Assembly (NCBI GenBank): GCA_016185945.1
Contig: JACPMR010000015.1
Span: 7,256 to 71,255 of the forward strand
Length of the DNA: 64,000 bases
Direction of reading: 5' to 3'
Source of the DNA: Candidatus Woesearchaeota archaeon
Lineage (GTDB): Archaea; Nanobdellota; Nanobdellia; Woesearchaeales; GW2011-AR4
Shown here: positions 58,864-64,000 of the stretch, piece after piece
Layout of the letters: each line of letters begins with the position of its first letter
Position numbering within the stretch: the stretch's first letter is position 1
The notes under the pieces: model-generated
Seen by the model: the letters and a program-made list of their open reading frames with translations, nothing else
Databases searched by the model: none
What the model was told of the DNA's origin: nothing
Position numbers and translations under genes: made by a program

Positions 58864-60176
58864 CAGTACAAAAACGCTTTCTCGTCGGTTCTTTCGCTTA
58901 TTTCACCAGCATAGCTTGTGAGCATCATTTCCTTTACTTCTTCAATGTTCTTTGCTTGAGGCAAAACCCAGCCAAGCTTTATGTAAGCAGTTTCTGGAAG
59001 CATGTCCTCTGCAAAGATGCAATTTAACTCCACTGACAATTTTCGCAAATTTGCATAAACATAAGGATGGACTCTGCCGTAAATTGTCTGTGTTGCAATG
59101 ACAACTGGCACTCCATTGTCAATAAGCTCCTTGATTTTTTTAATGAGAGAGTATTTGGGATTTATTGTAGGAACATGCCCAAGCGCAGTGGCAGCAATGA
59201 CAACTCCCTTATACTTTTTCTTTCTGTAGTAATCCATCACATCAGGATCCATTCCAGGATAAACATAAACCAAAGCTGTCTTGTGCTCGAATTTGTCGTC
59301 AACAATAACTTTTTGGCTATTCCTTTTTTTATAGTTTGGGTTTAAAATCTCTATTTTTCCATCCTCATAAACTTTTGCCAGTGGTAATTCATTTATCGGG
59401 CGAAAAGCATCCCTTCTGCTTGTGTGCATCTTCCTTACTTTCGTGCCCCTGTTTAGGATGCAGTAATTGTCATTAGTTGTGCCATGCAAACAGGTTACAA
59501 CTGCTGCTCCGTCAAACTTTGATGCAGCTTGGACTGCGCAAAGTAAGTTTGAGAATGCATCTGAAGAGCCTCTGTCAATGCTTCTCTGGGCTGCTGTAAA
59601 TATAACAGGCTTGTTCAAGTTTCTAAGGAAAAACGACATGGCTGCTGTCGAGAAATGTAAAGTGTCTGTGCCTTGCGTTACAACAACTCCTGCAACTTCA
59701 TTTTCATTCAGTTCTTTTGCAATACTTCTTGCCATCAATTGCCAGTCCTTCGGAGACATGTCCTCGCTCATTATGCCCATAACTTTCTCTGCCCTTAGAT
59801 TTGCAACATTCTCCAGCTCTGGAAGCATTGCAATGAAGTCCTCTGCTGTGTAGTGGGCATAAACGCCCCCTGTCCTATAATCAACTTTTGAAGATATAGT
59901 GCCTCCAAATGAAAGAATAGAAACAGTTGGAAGCCCTTTTTTATGGATTGATTTTGATTTTTCTTCTTTCTTTTTTTCGTATTTCTTTATTACTTCAATC
60001 TTTTTTATTTTTTTGTTGTCTATTCCAATGCCATAGCCATTGTCGAGTTTGATAATGGTATGATCCTTCTCAAAAATCTCAGGGCGAGGCATAAGAATTC
60101 CTTCATAAGTTGCTTCGTCTGCATATACTTTAACAACATCTCCATACTCTGGTTTCATAATAAAATCCGGTTTCAT
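58863..60176 (-). CDS. gatD: Glu-tRNA(Gln) amidotransferase subunit D
   Basis: GGTISSKVDYRTG, GTDT, AQRSIDRGSSDA, RKMHTSRRDAF; start may be 60158. Confidence 0.97.
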   Translation of the reverse strand: MKPDFIMKPEYGDVVKVYADEATYEGILMPRPEIFEKDHTIIKLDNGYGIGIDNKKIKKIEVIKKYEKKKEEKSKSIHKKGLPTVSILSFGGTISSKVDYRTGGVYAHYTAEDFIAMLPELENVANLRAEKVMGIMSEDMSPKDWQLMARSIAKELNENEVAGVVVTQGTDTLHFSTAAMSFFLRNLNKPVIFTAAQRSIDRGSSDAFSNLLCAVQAASKFDGAAVVTCLHGTTNDNYCILNRGTKVRKMHTSRRDAFRPINELPLAKVYEDGKIEILNPNYKKRNSQKVIVDDKFEHKTALVYVYPGMDPDVMDYYRKKKYKGVVIAATALGHVPTINPKYSLIKKIKELIDNGVPVVIATQTIYGRVHPYVYANLRKLSVELNCIFAEDMLPETAYIKLGWVLPQAKNIEEVKEMMLTSYAGEISERTDEKAFLY

Positions 60177-60217
60177 AATAAAAAAGTTAGAATAAGTTTA
60201 TTTAAATGTTTTCAAAA

Positions 60218-60478
60218 TTACTTCCCAACCCAATTATAAACCCAAGCAAAAATAATTCCTGTGATTAAGCCACCAACAAAAAGAACAACTAAGCCGATAA
60301 CAAAAGCGTCAATTGTTATCACAGGCGGCTGTAAAGCAAGCATGTTGTAAGTGACTTTCTTTGCAAGATTAACAACAAAGTTGGGAAATAGCCATATTAC
60401 AATTGTGCGGATTACATAACAAATCACCAAGAATACACCCAAAGCAAGTCCTAATGATAATGGTTTTAGTTTCGCCAT
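60218..60478 (-). CDS. Small 2-TM membrane protein (DUF5676-like)
   Basis: Hydrophobic hairpin ending FAWVYN. Confidence 0.65.
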   Translation of the reverse strand: MAKLKPLSLGLALGVFLVICYVIRTIVIWLFPNFVVNLAKKVTYNMLALQPPVITIDAFVIGLVVLFVGGLITGIIFAWVYNWVGK

Positions 60479-60512
60479 TTTAATTGATGAATTTTATTGT
60501 CTATTTTAATTT

Positions 60513-60812
60513 TTCAATCCGCCTGCGGCAAAAATTTGGATATTAACTTATTATTTCAATCCGTCGTGCTTCGCACGACAATTTCTTGGCGCGTCGGCAT
60601 TGACTTGTGAGCGAGTGAGACGAGCTCACTCGCATGCCACTGCTGTGGAAGTTTATTGTTTTCATGCTCCACCTCCACGCCTATTTATTTTGACTGCCAG
60701 CGATACGTCCCTGAGCTGGGTCCCCATCAACGACAAAGTTCGTTGACACCTTGTGCAAGTGGGATTTAACAATCCCACGGACCTTGCAGATGCTGGGAAG
60801 CGAAGTTGTTTG
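60513..60812. repeat. Composite repeat cluster: two family-2 ends, nested hairpin modules and a family-1 right arm with insertion
   Basis: TTCAATCCGCCTGCGGC (60513), TTCAATCCGTCGTGCTTCGCACGAC (60555), GAGCTCACTCGCATGCCACTG (as at 13270), GGTCCCCA-[insert]-TGGGAAGC. Confidence 0.8.
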
Positions 60813-60851
60813 AAAAATTTTTAATTGTTGATTTTTAATTTAACATAATTT

Positions 60852-63455
60852 TTACCCCATATAGCCCGGCTTTTCCTCAAGCATCTGTTTTGCCCTTGTA
60901 GCAGTGAAGTGATCATGTAGTTCTTCATATGCCTTTTCAACGTCTTTTGTAACGCTGGGTCTTACCTTTTCAAGTGCCTTTTCAAAATGCCTTTTGTAGA
61001 TTTCCTTTGAATTTATGTCTTCCCTCAATGCAAGTATTGCTGCTTCCCTGCATACTGCTTCGATGTCAGCACCAACATAGCCGTCTGTTTTTTTGGTGAG
61101 ATATTTTAATAAATCTTCTCTGCTTTTCAAATTTTCACCATCAACTAACTTATCGCTTTCGTACTCAATTGTTGATTCTCCTTTCTCTGTTTTTGCAGCA
61201 AGCATTTTCTTCTTTATCGGCTGCTCCTCAACAGCAATAGGCATGCCTTTTGTATGAACTTTAAAAATTTCAAGACGGGTTAGCTCGTCTGGAATTGGAG
61301 TCAAAATCATCCTGTCAAATCTTCCTGGGCGCAGCAATGCAGTATCCACAATGTCAGGCCTGTTTGTTGCTGCGATTATGACAACATCATGCAAGTCCTC
61401 CAAGCCGTCAATCTCTGTCAAAAGCTGATTTACAACTCTTTCACTTACATGGCTGTCAGAGCTTGCTCCTCTTCTTGGAGCAAGAGCATCAATCTCATCA
61501 AAGAATATAATGCATGGGCTTACTTGTCTTGCTTTCTTGAAAACTTCTCTAACTGCCTTTTCGCTTTCGCCAACCCATTTGCTTAAAAGCTCAGGCCCTT
61601 TAACCAAGATAAAGTTTGCCTCGCTTTCATTTGCTACCGCCTTTGCAAGCAAGGTTTTTCCAGTTCCAGGAGCGCCAAACAACAATATGCCTTTTGGAGG
61701 TCTTACTCCCAATCTTTTGAATGACTCTGGATGCTTCAAAGGCCATTCAACTGCCTCAATTAATTCCTGCTTAACGATTGCCAATCCGCCTATGTCTGCC
61801 CATTTGACATTTGGAATTTCAACAAGAACTTCTCTAAGCGCAGATGGACGTACAACCTTCAATGACTCTTTAAAGTCGTGCTGCGTGATCACAAGCTTTT
61901 CAAGCAGTTCCTTTGGCAATGGCTCATCTTCCTTCAGCCTTATATCAGGAAGCACTCTTCTCAAAACAATCATTGCTGCTTCCTTTGCCAAAGAAGCCAA
62001 GTCAGCTCCAACAAAGCCATGGGTTATTTCTGCCAATTCCTTAAGAGAAACTATTTTCAAGTTATAGTTCAGTTTGTCCATGTATCTCTTTAATTTTGAT
62101 ATTTCAATTTTTTTAAACAATTCGTTCTTTTCGGGGTTTTCAACAAGATACTTGTTTATTGTCTTTTCCAATCCCCTTGAGTTTGCATCTTTGTATCTAA
62201 GCAAGTTCAAGATTGCTTCCTTGTACTCTAACTCAAATTCGCTTTCTTTAACTATGTTTTCCTTTGTGTACAATGGCATATTTCTTGTGTGAATTTTCAG
62301 GATGTTTAATCTTCCCTCTTTACTTGGCACTCCAATCTCTATTTCCCTATCAAATCTACCGGGCCTTCTCAAAGCAGGATCGAGGATGTTTGGAACATTA
62401 GTTGCTGCTATCACAACAACCTTTCCTCTACTCTGCAAGCCATCCATTAATGCGAGCAACTGTGCAACTACTCTTCTCTCAACCTCTCCTCTTGTTTCCT
62501 CTCTTTTTGAGGCAATTGCATCAATCTCGTCAATGAAAATTATGGAAGGGGCGTTCTTTTCTGCTTCCTCAAATTTCTTTCTTAAGTTTTCTTCACTTTG
62601 TCCATAATACTTAGACATTATTTCAGGACCATTAATCAAAATAAAATGAGAGTTTGTTTCGTTTGCAACTGCTTTTGCCAATAATGTTTTTCCAGTTCCA
62701 GGAGGTCCATGCAATAAAACTCCTTTTGGCGCTTCTATGCCCAGTCTTTCAAAAATTTCGGGATGCTTTAACGGCAGCTCAACCATTTCCCTTACTTTCT
62801 TGATTTCGTCTTCCAAGCCGCCTACATCCTCATAGGTTATGTCTGGAACTCTTTCTTCCTCTATTTCAACTGCCTCTGAGCGGAACTCTATTTCAGTTGA
62901 GTCAAGGATAATGACTGGCTGTTTTGGGTTTGTGTCAACAACAACAAACTTTATGTCGCCAAAGCCAATTCCCATCATGCTTTCATCAAGAATGCTGAAA
63001 ATGTCTTCATCAAAGAAAGGATTGGACATCATTGTTGTTTTTCTTCTTCTTGCTCCTCCCAAAGAGACTATATCTCCTTTCACAACAGCCCTGCCTAGAA
63101 GCCCTTGCTTGAATATTTCTGGAGAAGCCCTTATGACAATGCCTTTTCTTGCGGGAGCTATAATGACTTTCTTTGCCTCCTTGACAAGCGCTTTTCTAAT
63201 CTTTACTATTTCTCCTATACCAGTCTTGGCGTTCTTTCTGATAATACCATCCATTCTTATGATATTAAGTCCTATATCACCTGGATAAGAACGGTCTGCA
63301 ATGGCAACTGTTTTACGCTCGCCTTCAATCTCAACTATGTCGCCTGCTTTTATGTCTACTTCAGATAAGTAGCCAGAATCAATCCTTACAATGCCCTTGT
63401 TTACATCATCTTGGATGGCTTCTGCAACCTTAAGCTTTAGTTCTTTTTCCACCAT
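60852..63455 (-). CDS. cdc48: Cdc48/p97 (VAT) AAA+ ATPase with insertions in both AAA lids
   Basis: GPPGTGKT and [12 protein letters not shown] twice, RPGRFDR twice. Confidence 0.97.
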   Translation of the reverse strand: MVEKELKLKVAEAIQDDVNKGIVRIDSGYLSEVDIKAGDIVEIEGERKTVAIADRSYPGDIGLNIIRMDGIIRKNAKTGIGEIVKIRKALVKEAKKVIIAPARKGIVIRASPEIFKQGLLGRAVVKGDIVSLGGARRRKTTMMSNPFFDEDIFSILDESMMGIGFGDIKFVVVDTNPKQPVIILDSTEIEFRSEAVEIEEERVPDITYEDVGGLEDEIKKVREMVELPLKHPEIFERLGIEAPKGVLLHGPPGTGKTLLAKAVANETNSHFILINGPEIMSKYYGQSEENLRKKFEEAEKNAPSIIFIDEIDAIASKREETRGEVERRVVAQLLALMDGLQSRGKVVVIAATNVPNILDPALRRPGRFDREIEIGVPSKEGRLNILKIHTRNMPLYTKENIVKESEFELEYKEAILNLLRYKDANSRGLEKTINKYLVENPEKNELFKKIEISKLKRYMDKLNYNLKIVSLKELAEITHGFVGADLASLAKEAAMIVLRRVLPDIRLKEDEPLPKELLEKLVITQHDFKESLKVVRPSALREVLVEIPNVKWADIGGLAIVKQELIEAVEWPLKHPESFKRLGVRPPKGILLFGAPGTGKTLLAKAVANESEANFILVKGPELLSKWVGESEKAVREVFKKARQVSPCIIFFDEIDALAPRRGASSDSHVSERVVNQLLTEIDGLEDLHDVVIIAATNRPDIVDTALLRPGRFDRMILTPIPDELTRLEIFKVHTKGMPIAVEEQPIKKKMLAAKTEKGESTIEYESDKLVDGENLKSREDLLKYLTKKTDGYVGADIEAVCREAAILALREDINSKEIYKRHFEKALEKVRPSVTKDVEKAYEELHDHFTATRAKQMLEEKPGYMG

Positions 63456-63549
63456 TTTGTGTTAACTAATGAATAGGTATAGTGTTTTATAAATCTTTTG
63501 TTTAAAGATTTTTTAGGTTAATCTTATACATTAACAAATTTTAATGTAA

Positions 63550-63734
63550 TAATCCGAGACCCTTCGAAAACCAAAGATTTTCGATAGCTCGCAATTCCTA
63601 CGGAATTGCTTTGCATTGGATAGCTTCGCTGAAATGGGTGCCCAAAAAATAATCTTTGCACTTTATTCCTTACATTATAGTGCTACTGGCGTATGCATGG
63701 TACCTGTGCTTGATTCACGGGAGAAAGAGGATTG
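63550..63734. repeat. Family-1 element with hairpin insertions in the left-arm loop
   Basis: AATCCGAGACCC-[TCGAAAA..TTTTCGA; GCAATTCCTACGGAATTGC]-ATGGGTGCCC, core GCACT-N16-AGTGC 63658-63683, GGATTG end. Confidence 0.75.
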
Positions 63735-63775
63735 TTTATTGGTTGTTTTATTTGATTTTATTTATTGTCTTGTAG

Positions 63776-64000
63776 TCATCCGATATAACCTTTGTCGGGA
63801 GAGCCAACCTGCACTTTTGGCAATGGAATAGGTGGAGGCAGATTGATTTCTTGACTTAGAATTAATGCTTGTACATTGCATTTTGTAAGTATTGTGTTAA
63901 GCATTCCTGCCATAACCTCTTGCGGCAGCTTTTTATCTTTCTTCCAATCATTTAATAATTCCTTTGCCTTTTTCGGCTCTTCAAGGTAAAGAAGCTCGCC
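63776..64000 (-). CDS. 3' part of a conserved archaeal hypothetical protein (SecB-like C-terminus)
   Basis: Open frame from the window edge: ...ALILSQEINLPPPIPLPKV...GYIG*. Confidence 0.65.
   Translation of the reverse strand, partial: GELLYLEEPKKAKELLNDWKKDKKLPQEVMAGMLNTILTKCNVQALILSQEINLPPPIPLPKVQVGSPDKGYIG

Noticed and set aside
60151..60183. 18-nt-period tandem duplication at the gatD start (MKPDFI-MKPEY)
   Set aside because: Simple local duplication that only makes the start codon ambiguous
60553..60579. GTCGTGCGAAGCACGACGGATTGAAAT (minus strand) resembles a type I-C CRISPR repeat
   Set aside because: No regularly spaced identical repeats with unique spacers and no cas genes; better explained as a family-2 end

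Overview
AT-rich archaeal chromosome segment, most likely a DPANN archaeon (Woesearchaeota-like; inference from BHB-type tRNA introns, TATA promoters, GatDE, Rpp21, Cdc48, Dph2, A-type ATP synthase and CarS). Housekeeping content: archaeal CoA operon (coaBC-pantoate kinase-PPS), a PadR redox regulon, an intact GGEEF diguanylate cyclase, a Hel308 lacking its N-terminal ATPase domain, two Ig-repeat surface proteins, a small AT-rich TA/defence island, a 9-kb phospholipid head-group cluster mixing archaeal CarS with bacterial-type PlsC/PmtA, two membrane pyrophosphatases, PGK, an A-ATPase operon with two c-subunits and two inserted genes, gatDE and cdc48. Four tRNA genes were parsed by hand. Three are intron-containing, and tRNA-Asn(GTT) has four BHB introns. 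A HTH+PD-(D/E)xK nuclease gene overlaps the tRNA-Asn 5' end and sits between that tRNA and an orphan intron-less tRNA 5' fragment that keeps the promoter. The strongest unexplained signal is non-coding: about 11 dispersed ~145-bp dyad-symmetric intergenic elements (CAATC terminus / palindromic arm / central GCACT-N16-17-AGTGC core / inverted arm / GATTG terminus). They show compensatory stem changes, shuffled arms, an invertible core and nested hairpin insertions. A second hairpin family with GNA triloops ending in GGATTGAA is also present. All calls come from reading the sequence; no database searches were run.
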